Source: an uncultured Acidimicrobiales bacterium
GTDB taxonomy: Bacteria > Actinomycetota > Acidimicrobiia > Acidimicrobiales > SHLQ01
Length of the DNA stretch: 64,000 bases
Direction: 5' to 3'
NCBI GenBank assembly: GCA_938023735.1
Contig: CALJDK010000016.1
Span: 7,145-71,144 of the forward strand
A program made the position numbers and the translations under genes. Of this stretch, positions 9,054 to 18,333 are shown piece after piece. Each line of letters opens with the position of its first letter. Positions within the stretch are counted from its first letter, which is position 1. The notes beneath the pieces were generated by a model. The model worked only from the letters and a program-made list of their open reading frames with translations. It did no database searches and had not been told where the DNA came from.

Positions 9054-10016
9054 CTACAAAGGGTTTGCGTGAGTGTCGTTGGCTGCGACGTGATAGCCAA
9101 GGACATCTTTACCCGCCACCGCTTTCAACTGACCAACGCCAATCAACGACGTCTTCAGGCCCCGCACGATTCCGCTCTTGCCCTGCTTCGCCCCAAACAA
9201 CACCGCCCGGGCTGCGCCGAGCGGGAGCTTTGCGAGGCCCTCGACCAAGTGATGAAAGCGCACCTTGTTTCGCTCGGCATCGGTGGTTGCGAACGACAGA
9301 TCGACAATGGCCAGCGTGTTGCCATCGCGCTGGAGACGCTTGGCAACGGTGCGCAACTCCATACGGTCGGCCGGAACCCACTCGGTGGTGAGCGCTCCAG
9401 TCGATTGCACCAATTTGTAGTTGCCGCGCACCAAGCGATGACCGAGATGGTGATCCTCGCCCCCGGTCTTACTGAACCGTTCGTCAAACAGCGGGCCCAG
9501 GTTGTCGACTAGCGCCGTTCGGAGAAGCAGGTTGTTGGTGGAGACATAGTCGGTATCTGCCTTGTCGGCCGAGTCTGGCGAGAAGTCATACACCCCAGAG
9601 TCGTCGAGCCAACCAGGTGGAGGCGACTCAAACGCAAAGGTGGTGTTTCCAACAACGGCATCGGCGTCGGTAGCAATCTGGGTTTGTGCGAGTTCCGCAA
9701 GCCACTGGCTGCTGGCTTCTTCGTCGTCGTCGATAAACGCCAGCCACGACGATGACGCGTCGATGGCGGCGTCGACCGCTCGATTGCGGGCCACCGAGAG
9801 TCCGGTGTTCTGTTCGGCGATGTAGGACAGGCCAGGAATACGATCGGACCATGCCTCGACGGTGGCCTTCGCCGACCCCGCAGGATCGTTATCGACCACC
9901 ACGGTATGGGACCATGTCCACGGCTCGGGCTGCGCCACGGCTTCGAGGCTGGCAAGAAGCCGAGCCAGTTTGTCGGGGCGTTGGTAGGTGATGACGCCGA
10001 CGGTAAGCGACGTCAT
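9054..10016 (-). CDS. Glycosyltransferase family 2
   Basis: N-terminus VGVITYQRPDKLARLL, followed by VVVDNDPAGSA and FIDDDE (DxD) motifs. There is a 4-nt overlap with the upstream Wzy-like gene. Confidence 0.8.
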   Translation of the reverse strand: MTSLTVGVITYQRPDKLARLLASLEAVAQPEPWTWSHTVVVDNDPAGSAKATVEAWSDRIPGLSYIAEQNTGLSVARNRAVDAAIDASSSWLAFIDDDEEASSQWLAELAQTQIATDADAVVGNTTFAFESPPPGWLDDSGVYDFSPDSADKADTDYVSTNNLLLRTALVDNLGPLFDERFSKTGGEDHHLGHRLVRGNYKLVQSTGALTTEWVPADRMELRTVAKRLQRDGNTLAIVDLSFATTDAERNKVRFHHLVEGLAKLPLGAARAVLFGAKQGKSGIVRGLKTSLIGVGQLKAVAGKDVLGYHVAANDTHANPL

Positions 10017-11353
10017 CGCGAGCGGCGGAGCGTATGCGGTGCCGGCGGAAGCTCTTCGTCGTTGATCTCAAGCACTCGTCGCGACAGCCGCGCTCCGTGG
10101 ACCGAGGCAACCACCAGTAGCGGCCAAAAGATGGTTCGACCCGCAACACCCGACTCGGTTACCGAAATCATCATCAGCATCGAGAAGAACCCGAGTGGCC
10201 AAAGCCCCACAGCGCCGTCGACGTAGCGGACATGGCGCGATGCTCGAACGATGCCTCGAGCTACCAAGACGATCATCGGCACGAAGCCCAGCAGTCCCAG
10301 CGAAAGGAACATGTCGAGAAAGACGTTGTGAGCGGTAGGTGGCAGCCAGTTGTGTGTGATCCAGATCTCGTGCGAGGGACTGAACCAGCCGCCCCAGAAC
10401 GCCTCCCAGCCGAAGCCGGTAAACGGACGGCTTGAACCCTCGGCGATGAGGTCTTCCCAGAGGATTGTCCGGCCGGTCAGGGTGACATCGCGATCGAGTG
10501 CCCGCGTGAGTTGATCAAGGCTGGCTGTTGCGACTGAGATTGCGAACGCGGCGCCACCAAACAGTGAAACCGCAACCGCGCCATAGAGGGTTTTGCGGGC
10601 CCGGAACGCCTGATAGATAAACAAAAAGACCGGAGTGATGAGGAAGCTCGCCAGTGATGTCTTCGATCCGGTGCCAAGAACAAGGGGCAGCTGAAGCCCG
10701 AGAAACAGTAGGTAGACAAGTCGCATTGAGCGGTGCTCGCGGTAGGCAACCGAGAACACCAGTGCCGACAGCACCGAGAGGCGGCCGAGCACGTTTCGCT
10801 GCGACGTGATGCCGGTCCAGTTGGCGTCGACACTCAGATCGATGCCGTATTGCGGAAGGCCAAACACCCAGAGGTAGTTGAGGATTGTTCCGATGATGAG
10901 CACGTACGCCAGCATCCGGTTGATCCGAGCAAGCTCGTACCGAACCACCAGGTAATAGCCGACCAACGTTGCGATCGCGAATGCTCCAAAGCGGCGAAAC
11001 GTTTGTATTGAATCGGGGCTCCACAGGATTGAGACCAACGCCACCGAAACAATGAAGGCAATAAGCCATTCGCGGCGCACCGCTTCGAGAACAAGGTTCC
11101 AGTTGCCGATGAGTCGAGTGCCCAGCAAGGTTCCAAGCAGCAAAAAAACGGCGGACGGAAGCGCGCTGTTTCCACCGGTATCGATGGCCTGAATGGGGTC
11201 GAACGCCTGAAACCACTCGTTCGGGAGACCGAGGGTAAGCGTGCCAATCGTGAAGACGGTGAGGAATTGCTCGAGCACACCCGGCCGACTAACAGTTGCG
11301 GGCCGGCTTCGTACCCCAGGGCTCATGCCGAACCGAGGTACCAGTGCGGTCAT
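10013..11353 (-). CDS. O-antigen ligase/polymerase-like (Wzy-type) membrane protein (copy A)
   Basis: 446-aa polytopic protein with a large loop. It is coupled (ATGA overlap at 11350-11353) to the Wzz/BY-kinase gene and is a paralog of 30412..31722. Confidence 0.6.
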   Translation of the reverse strand: MTALVPRFGMSPGVRSRPATVSRPGVLEQFLTVFTIGTLTLGLPNEWFQAFDPIQAIDTGGNSALPSAVFLLLGTLLGTRLIGNWNLVLEAVRREWLIAFIVSVALVSILWSPDSIQTFRRFGAFAIATLVGYYLVVRYELARINRMLAYVLIIGTILNYLWVFGLPQYGIDLSVDANWTGITSQRNVLGRLSVLSALVFSVAYREHRSMRLVYLLFLGLQLPLVLGTGSKTSLASFLITPVFLFIYQAFRARKTLYGAVAVSLFGGAAFAISVATASLDQLTRALDRDVTLTGRTILWEDLIAEGSSRPFTGFGWEAFWGGWFSPSHEIWITHNWLPPTAHNVFLDMFLSLGLLGFVPMIVLVARGIVRASRHVRYVDGAVGLWPLGFFSMLMMISVTESGVAGRTIFWPLLVVASVHGARLSRRVLEINDEELPPAPHTLRRSR

Positions 11354-13038
11354 GAGACCAGGTTCTTCGAGGCTCGCTCGTAGGCGTAGCGATCGCGGCG
11401 GCTAAAGAAACCAGCGTCGCGGCTGCGGTCGCGGTTGAGGATGGCGCCAAGTACCCGAGCGCCAGCCCGGTCGAGGTCGCTTCGCATCTGAAGGAGGGTG
11501 GACGTGTCGGTGCGCCGGCTATCGACCAACACCACAACGCCGCCAACGCTGGCACTAGCAGCAATGGCGTCGGCAGCCGAGAGAACTGGTGGCGTGTCGA
11601 CGACCACGTATTCGTAGGTGGCCTCGAGGCGACGAATAAGGTCGCGGAACCGAGCAGAACCGAGCAGTTCACCCGGGTTTGCTGGCGTCGGACCCGAAGG
11701 GATCACTGCGAGGTTCTCGACACCGACACTGACAATTGGGGGTGGCGTAACTTCGCGAGCCTGAAGTGCAGTCGAAAGGCCCTCGGTGTTCCCAATGCCA
11801 AAGAGGTTCTCGATGGATGGGCGACGCATATCGGCCGATACCAGCACGGTGGGGGATCCGCCCTGGGCGAGAGCGATTGCCAGGTTGGTGGCCGATACCG
11901 ATTTACCCTCAGCAGGCTGGGCACTTGTAACCAGAAGACTGTGGATGTTGTCGGTGGTGGCGAGGTACTGGAGCGAGGTGCGAAGCCGGCGGAATGACTC
12001 CCGTGCCCGTTGCACCGCGGTCGACTTGCTTGAACTGAGCATGACCAACGCCGAAGCACCGGTTCGGTTGCTGAAACCAAACGGCGGCACGGTTCCGAGA
12101 ACCGATGCGGCCATCGCCAACTCGACATCAGACTCTTCGCGAGCGGTGTTGTCGAGGCGGTCGAGCACGAACGCCGCCGCAATTCCCATCAGAAGACCCG
12201 CGATGAGGCCGGCAGCGCGGATCGCGTTACTGCCGAGCCCGTTGGGCTTTTCGGGAGTTGCAGCGGTCCGAAGGATTTCGGCCGGCGGAGCGTTTGTGAT
12301 TGCCGACTGCGACCGGAGGAGTCGAGAAAGACTTGCTCGAGCCGGATTTATCTGACCGAAGATTCCTTGGCGCTGCGTCGTCAAAGACTGAAGCTGGGCG
12401 TTAAGTGATGGCCGACTGGCAACTTCGCTGGCAGACGCCGTACTTGCGTTCGCACGAGCAAGTTGCTGCGTGACACTTGCCTGCTCTGCGCTAATTTCGT
12501 CGAGTTGAGCGGTGAGCGAGTCGACGTCGGTTTGGACGATCTCGATCTGATTTGCGTAGAACGAATCGGCGTCTCCGACGCGGTCCTCGGCGTAGGTTTC
12601 CATGAACGAGTTGATGATTCTCGCGGCGAGTTCGGGGTTTTCGTCGGTGAAGGTGCCTTCGAGAACAAAGCCGGTTGGAGCAAACTCAACCTTGAATACT
12701 GACGACTCAAGCAGTTCACGAGGCGAGCGTGAGAGCGAAAGTTCACGGGCCACCGTTTGCGCGATCGGAACCGATAACAGTTTGGCTCGCTCGGTTTCGA
12801 GATTCGGCAGTGCCGTGACACCGCTATCGATGCCGCTGTTGGAATCGACCGGGCTTGGGCCAAGGCGAATGGTGGCCGCGGCGTCATAACTCGACGTCCG
12901 CGATGCTGCGAACAGCGTGGCAAGAATAAGACCCAAAAGCGCACAGATGGCAATCAGGAGTTTCCGGGCTTGAATCGCCTTGAGATAGTCCTCAAGCCCT
13001 GGGGTCTCGTTGGCTTGACTATTCGCTTCGTACATCAC
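11350..13038 (-). CDS. Polysaccharide co-polymerase (Wzz domain) fused to a BY-type tyrosine autokinase (copy A)
   Basis: N-terminal TM, a coiled periplasmic-type region and a second TM. Kinase motifs: Walker A SAQPAEGKS, Walker A' VLVSADMRRP, Walker B VVVDTPPV. The C-terminal tail is RRDRYAYER. Confidence 0.85.
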   Translation of the reverse strand: MMYEANSQANETPGLEDYLKAIQARKLLIAICALLGLILATLFAASRTSSYDAAATIRLGPSPVDSNSGIDSGVTALPNLETERAKLLSVPIAQTVARELSLSRSPRELLESSVFKVEFAPTGFVLEGTFTDENPELAARIINSFMETYAEDRVGDADSFYANQIEIVQTDVDSLTAQLDEISAEQASVTQQLARANASTASASEVASRPSLNAQLQSLTTQRQGIFGQINPARASLSRLLRSQSAITNAPPAEILRTAATPEKPNGLGSNAIRAAGLIAGLLMGIAAAFVLDRLDNTAREESDVELAMAASVLGTVPPFGFSNRTGASALVMLSSSKSTAVQRARESFRRLRTSLQYLATTDNIHSLLVTSAQPAEGKSVSATNLAIALAQGGSPTVLVSADMRRPSIENLFGIGNTEGLSTALQAREVTPPPIVSVGVENLAVIPSGPTPANPGELLGSARFRDLIRRLEATYEYVVVDTPPVLSAADAIAASASVGGVVVLVDSRRTDTSTLLQMRSDLDRAGARVLGAILNRDRSRDAGFFSRRDRYAYERASKNLVS

Positions 13039-13239
13039 GGGTGGGGATACCTCGGTAGTAAGGGATCTATCTTACGGGAGCGCCCCGGCGAAAGGACGAC
13101 GCTCGCCAAGACGAACGGGTGCCAATCGGCCAGAGTTGCGCAAAATCGACTGATTGCCGCGGACAGATTCACCGCAAAACAATCACTACTGCCAACCCTA
13201 TTCGAGAAGGCGGTAACAGTGATGGCAATCGAAAGTTCG

Positions 13240-14328
13240 CTACGAGGCGGCAGAACCCTCGTGCTCAAGCCAGCGCTCGGCCATCTTGTCGTGAATCTCA
13301 GTGACGATGGTTTCGAGGCTATGGGTGAGCTTCCAGTCGGGGTAATGCGATTGGAACCGGCGAATATCGCTCACGTACCACTTGTGATCGCCGATGCGGT
13401 TCTCGTCGCTGTAGGTCCACGAGAGCTTTTTGCCCGAGATGCGCTCGGCCAAGTCGATTGCTTCAAGCATCGAGCAGTTGATGTGTCGACCGCCGCCAAT
13501 GTTGTAGACCTCGCCAACTCGCGGACTCTCGTAGAAGTGCTGAAAAGCACTGATGAGGTCGCTGGCGTGGATGTTGTCACGAACCTGTTTCGCTTTGTAC
13601 CCGAATACGGTGTAGGGATTGCCGGTGACCGTGCACTTGACTAGGTACGCAAGAAAGCCGTGAAGCTCGGCGCCGGCATGGTCTGGGCCGGTGAGGCATC
13701 CACCGCGGAACACCGCAGTCTTCATGTCGAAGTAGCGCCCGTACTCCTGGACCAATGCATCGGCGGCAAGTTTTGAGACGCCAAACAGGCTGTGCGTGGA
13801 CTGATCGATGGTCATCTCTTCGGGAATGCCGTGCTCGTGCCAGGGGTGGTTATCGTCGAGTTCCCAGCGGGTTTCGGTTTCGACCAGCGGTAGGTGGTTT
13901 GGTGTATCGCCATAGACCTTGTTGGTCGACGTGAAGATGAACACCGAATCGGGGCAATTCAGCCGAGCGGCCTCGAGAAGGTTGAGGGTTCCGTTGGCGT
14001 TAATCGTGAAATCGGTTTGAGGGTCGCGCGCCGCCCAATCGTGCGAAGGCTGCGCTGCGGTATGAATGATGAGCTTGATATCAGACCCATACTCGGCAAA
14101 CAGCCGGTCCATGGCCTTTTCGTCCCGGATGTCGAGACCAACATGGCGGTAGTTTGGCTGGGTGTTGATGAGGTCGTTAACGACCCAGTCGGTAGAAGCC
14201 TCGTCGCCAAAAAACTCGCGGCGCATATCGTTGTCGATACCTACGACTTCGTCGGCATCTTTGGCGAAATGGGTCACGGCTTGAGAACCGATTAACCCGC
14301 CTGATCCAGTTACGACAACAACCGACAT
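13240..14328 (-). CDS. NAD-dependent sugar-nucleotide epimerase/dehydratase (extended SDR)
   Basis: The start is refined to [15 protein letters not shown] (Rossmann GxGGxxG); the ATG at 14328 is preceded by GGAG. YxxxK is present ([11 protein letters not shown]). The track ORF extends to 14385. Confidence 0.8.
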   Translation of the reverse strand: MSVVVVTGSGGLIGSQAVTHFAKDADEVVGIDNDMRREFFGDEASTDWVVNDLINTQPNYRHVGLDIRDEKAMDRLFAEYGSDIKLIIHTAAQPSHDWAARDPQTDFTINANGTLNLLEAARLNCPDSVFIFTSTNKVYGDTPNHLPLVETETRWELDDNHPWHEHGIPEEMTIDQSTHSLFGVSKLAADALVQEYGRYFDMKTAVFRGGCLTGPDHAGAELHGFLAYLVKCTVTGNPYTVFGYKAKQVRDNIHASDLISAFQHFYESPRVGEVYNIGGGRHINCSMLEAIDLAERISGKKLSWTYSDENRIGDHKWYVSDIRRFQSHYPDWKLTHSLETIVTEIHDKMAERWLEHEGSAAS

Positions 14329-14488
14329 GGTGTTAGAGCTCCGAAAGAATGAATGTAGGTGCGACAAGACGCACGGTTTCAGCATACTTCAGTGTCGGTC
14401 AAGTAAAAATAGGCCATTTGGCGCACTGAAGAACGTTTTTGCAATCGAGCTTGATGGGCAGCCGACCGCCTCAATCCGCTAGCCGAAA

Positions 14489-15394
14489 GTGCACTGTAGT
14501 ACAGTTACTATTTGGACGAGAGAGCCCCTAACTAGTCTCGGCTCACTCAGTACTAACTCAATGGCACAGACATTGTCGATGCGAACGAACAAGAAACGGA
14601 GTGAAGGGTCCTTGACGCCCTCTTCCCCAACGGCTTCCCCAACCGACAAGGCTGAACTGTTTGGCGTTCTTGTGTCGCCGACTACTTACGAAGACGTAGT
14701 CGATTCGGTACTCGTGGCAAGCAAGGATCAGTCGACCCTCGGAGTTACCGCGCTGGCCACGCATGGGCTGATGATCGCAAACGAGGATCCAGAGTTTCGC
14801 GATGTCGTGAATTCGCTCGATATCGTAACCCCCGATGGCCAGCCGGTCCGTTGGGCGCTGAATCGCTTCCACGGCACGGGTCTTGACGATCGGGTCTATG
14901 GCCCGAAGCTCATGTGGGAGATCTGTCGAGCGGCCGCCGACCACTCGATACCAATCTATTTGTTTGGTTCGACCCAGACGACCCTCGATCTGCTCGTCGA
15001 TGCTCTGAAGGCAGCGTTCCCAGGTATCGATATTGCTGGTGCGCAGGCCGATCGATTCCGCGATGCGACTCCCGACGAAGACCTGCTCGATATTGCGACA
15101 ATTCGCGAATCGGGTGCGGGGATCCTGTTCGTGGGACGGGGATGCCCGCTGCAAGAACGTTGGGTTTCCGAGCACTCCGACAGCATCGATATGCCGATGC
15201 TGGCGGTAGGAGCGGCGTTTGACTATCACGCCGGGTTGCTGCGGAAACCGCCCGAGGCGATGCAGCGGGTTGGCCTCGAATGGCTTTGGCGGCTCGGCCT
15301 CGAACCAAAGCGACTATGGCGTCGTTACTTCTCGACCAACTCGCAGTTTGTTGCTGCCTGGGTGCGCACCGAAATGGCTCGCCGTAACGGCTAA
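14489..15394 (+). CDS. WecG/TagA/CpsF-family glycosyltransferase (GT26)
   Basis: GT26 blocks are present: VTALATHGLM, DIVTPDGQPVRWA, ILFVGRGCPLQERW, LAVGAAFDYHAG, GLEWLWRL. The true start may be the ATG near 14551. Confidence 0.8.
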   Translation: MHCSTVTIWTREPLTSLGSLSTNSMAQTLSMRTNKKRSEGSLTPSSPTASPTDKAELFGVLVSPTTYEDVVDSVLVASKDQSTLGVTALATHGLMIANEDPEFRDVVNSLDIVTPDGQPVRWALNRFHGTGLDDRVYGPKLMWEICRAAADHSIPIYLFGSTQTTLDLLVDALKAAFPGIDIAGAQADRFRDATPDEDLLDIATIRESGAGILFVGRGCPLQERWVSEHSDSIDMPMLAVGAAFDYHAGLLRKPPEAMQRVGLEWLWRLGLEPKRLWRRYFSTNSQFVAAWVRTEMARRNG

Positions 15395-15402
15395 CCGGTT
15401 CG

Positions 15403-17547
15403 TTACCGACGGGGCGCAGCAAGCGCCGCTCGCACGCCCTCGCAAAACCGGCTGGCCATGTCTTCGGCCGACAACGTGCTTCCCGATGCGTAGGCGCCAT
15501 CACGAAGCCTGCTCAAGCGTTCGGTATCGCCCAGCAACTCGGCAACCGCAGTTGCATACTGCACCGGTGTGGGGTCGCCCGAAACGGTGATGCCGTTGAC
15601 GCCCTCTTCGAGGTAGTCGATTTCGGGGCTGTGATAGGCGATATCGGTGGTGACTGTAGGCAGTCCAAGGGCGAACGCATCGACGATGTTGAGCCCCACC
15701 ATGCCCGGCATCATCTGGAGGGTCGCCACCGAGGCCAGGCGCACACGCTCGTCGCCGTACTGGGCGCCCATCATATGGATCCAGTCGTTCGTCTCGGCCG
15801 CGTCGGCGACGAAGTGGGCAAGCGAACCGCTGCCGATAACCAGGAACTCGACATCGGGAACCAGTTGGCGAAGGTGTTTCGCCGCTTCGACGAGGAACTC
15901 GGGTCGCTTGTGCGGATACAGCCCGCCGATAAAGGTGACGACCGGCCCGCTCCCAATACCGACCTCGGCCCGGACTTGAGCATCGTTGTCGGAAGGCAAA
16001 GCAGCCATGACCTCGCGGATTCGACGCGTGTCGGTGGAGTTCATCACCGAGGTCACCCGATCGGCAGGCATGCCGGCATCGATGGCGGCATCGCGTGACA
16101 GGGCGTTATAGGCAAAGAACCAATGAGCTTTGGACGTGAGCTTCCGCTTGAGGCCCTCGCCGTCGCCGCCCTCGAATGGTGCATGGAAGTTTTTGCCGTG
16201 ACCCCAGAAGGCGTGTCGGGTTTTGAGAAAGCGTTGGCCGAATACCAACACGATGTTGAAGAGCTGTTTGGAGGCTTGCTCGGTGATGATGAGATCAGCA
16301 TCCCGAGCCGCATCGAATGCCGGCTGCCAGAGCAACGTCGAACCGCGAACCGAGATCTCCCGCATGGGGCGGTGCTCGGCCCAGTCGATGGCGGCTTGAT
16401 CGCCCTTGGCTCGATCTTCGTCGAGCCCGTCGGAGAAGATGAGGCGCAGCGAGATGCCGTGCTCGCGCAATTCCTCTCGAAGCAAGCCATAGAACGCAAC
16501 CCGGTACTGGTTGGAGTTCTTCAGCAGGATCACCACGGTCGCCGAGTCAGCGGCGTCGAGCGAGCCCTTCCCGTACTGATCGAGCACCTTATCGAAGAAG
16601 GCGGGAGGGTAGAGGACTGCGGCCCGAGCAAGATGTGTAGCACCGCCGAACCGGTCTCCCGACAGCGCCTTCGCGCCGCCAACCCGGAAATGCAGGCCCG
16701 AACGGTCGCGGAGGTTTCGAGCAACCCGCTCGGCGAGAGGCGCGTTATCTTCGGCCGCTCGAAACTCGGCCGCTGTTGGCTCGGGGCGACCCTCGACGTT
16801 GGCCTCCTGGCACGCAGCAACGAATCGCACGATGTGGCGCTGATCGCTCCACTTCGAGGTCGACAGCGAATTTTGATGAATGCGAAAGCCGAAGCTGCGG
16901 TCGGGTACCGCAAGGACCGGACCATGAAACGACATCTGCGAGAAGATCCGGTTGTCGAAGCTCAGCGCGAAGTCCGGCTCCCAACCGCCGATCTCGCGGA
17001 GCAGATCGGTGCGAAGCACAGCACCAGGCCACAAGATCTCGAATGCTTTGCCCGAGGCGTGCCATGCCCGCCATTCGTCGACCGTTGTAGGGCCGAGATC
17101 TTTGTTGGATCCGAGCACGGGGTCGTCGGGCGAACCCGCAATGCGGCGAGCGAACGACGTGACAACCGAAGGCACCGGATCGGTGGCGTTGAACGTTTCG
17201 ATAATGCGGGTGATGCGTTCGTCTAGAACCAGATCGTCGTCGCCCATGAAATTGACCAATGGCGTCTCGACGGCCGCAAGCGCCGCATTGTGCGATTCGT
17301 CGATCGGAAGGATCTGCTCGTGGTGAATGAACCGGGTGGGTCCGTTCCAAGCCTGAGCCTGCTCGATGGTGGCGTCGCGCGTTGCTTGACTTGAGCTGTT
17401 GAACAGAATTTGGAGCGTTACGCCGGGCGGCGTGGTTTCGAGAAGACTCGCCAGAGCCGCCCGAAGAAACTCGGGACGATCGACGGTGTTGAGCGCAATC
17501 GTGAGATCTTCGACCGTATAGGTCGGTCGCTCAGCGTCGGTGGTCAT
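15403..17547 (-). CDS. Bifunctional glycosyltransferase (N-terminal GT2-like, C-terminal GT4-like)
   Basis: 714 aa. The N-terminal part has TIALNTVDRPEFL and NFMGDDDLV (DxD). The C-terminal part has VTFIGGLYPHKRPEFL, FLVIGSGS and NIVDAFALGLPTVTTD...EEGVNG. It is the last gene of the kinase/nucleotidyltransferase operon. Confidence 0.7.
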   Translation of the reverse strand: MTTDAERPTYTVEDLTIALNTVDRPEFLRAALASLLETTPPGVTLQILFNSSSQATRDATIEQAQAWNGPTRFIHHEQILPIDESHNAALAAVETPLVNFMGDDDLVLDERITRIIETFNATDPVPSVVTSFARRIAGSPDDPVLGSNKDLGPTTVDEWRAWHASGKAFEILWPGAVLRTDLLREIGGWEPDFALSFDNRIFSQMSFHGPVLAVPDRSFGFRIHQNSLSTSKWSDQRHIVRFVAACQEANVEGRPEPTAAEFRAAEDNAPLAERVARNLRDRSGLHFRVGGAKALSGDRFGGATHLARAAVLYPPAFFDKVLDQYGKGSLDAADSATVVILLKNSNQYRVAFYGLLREELREHGISLRLIFSDGLDEDRAKGDQAAIDWAEHRPMREISVRGSTLLWQPAFDAARDADLIITEQASKQLFNIVLVFGQRFLKTRHAFWGHGKNFHAPFEGGDGEGLKRKLTSKAHWFFAYNALSRDAAIDAGMPADRVTSVMNSTDTRRIREVMAALPSDNDAQVRAEVGIGSGPVVTFIGGLYPHKRPEFLVEAAKHLRQLVPDVEFLVIGSGSLAHFVADAAETNDWIHMMGAQYGDERVRLASVATLQMMPGMVGLNIVDAFALGLPTVTTDIAYHSPEIDYLEEGVNGITVSGDPTPVQYATAVAELLGDTERLSRLRDGAYASGSTLSAEDMASRFCEGVRAALAAPRR

Positions 17548-17568
17548 CGAAGGGTTCCGAGTGGCTGA

Positions 17569-18318
17569 CTAATCTTCGAGTCGCGCCCGGATAGCCATAT
17601 CCTGGGCCGCTTCCATGCTGGCGACGTCGTTGAGGTTTAGGTAGTCGCCTTCCAGATCGAAGGCAGCGACCTCGTGTCCGTCGCGGATGAGATCGTCGAC
17701 AAAGGTGACGAAGTCGAGCGAGGTTCGACCCGACTGAAACGCGGTCTCAAGCAGCACCATCACATCAGGATGGATCACGAATGATGCCATGCCTAAGAGG
17801 TCGTTGGGCAACGAAACCGGGTTCTCGACCAATCGGATAACCCGCTCGCCATCGCGATCGACCGAGAAGTTCTTCTTGATGAGCTCGGGGTTGTCGACCG
17901 GCTTCACCGGCAGAACGGTGGTGAACCGCTGGTCGTCGAAGTTGATGATTTCGCCGAGGTTGGTGTTGAGATAAAACTCGTCGGCCAGCATGACCAAACC
18001 GTGTCGGCCTGCCATGTACGGCTTGGCCAGAAGTACCGACCACGCCCAGCCTTTGTCGAGGTGCTGGTTCTCGACGTAGGTGATGCGAACGCCGAAGTCG
18101 GAGCCATCGCCGAAGAACTCACGAATCGAGTCGGCCATATAGCCAAGGACGATGACGATCTCGGAAATGCCCGCTTCGTCGCGCATGAGCTCGACATGAC
18201 GCTCGATGTTTGGTTTGCCGTCGATGAGGAACATGCCCTTATGCACCTCATAGGTGTAGGGCCTGGCCCGGATACCGCTGCCCGCGGCGGGAATAATACC
18301 GATCAATGAATCGACCAT
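17569..18318 (-). CDS. Sugar-1-phosphate nucleotidyltransferase (NTP_transferase family, short form)
   Basis: N-terminal GIIPAAGSGIRARP matches the G-x-G-x-R pyrophosphorylase loop. At 249 aa it is the size of HddC / RmlA-N-domain proteins. Confidence 0.7.
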   Translation of the reverse strand: MVDSLIGIIPAAGSGIRARPYTYEVHKGMFLIDGKPNIERHVELMRDEAGISEIVIVLGYMADSIREFFGDGSDFGVRITYVENQHLDKGWAWSVLLAKPYMAGRHGLVMLADEFYLNTNLGEIINFDDQRFTTVLPVKPVDNPELIKKNFSVDRDGERVIRLVENPVSLPNDLLGMASFVIHPDVMVLLETAFQSGRTSLDFVTFVDDLIRDGHEVAAFDLEGDYLNLNDVASMEAAQDMAIRARLED

Positions 18319-18333
18319 GAGAGAACCCGTTTC

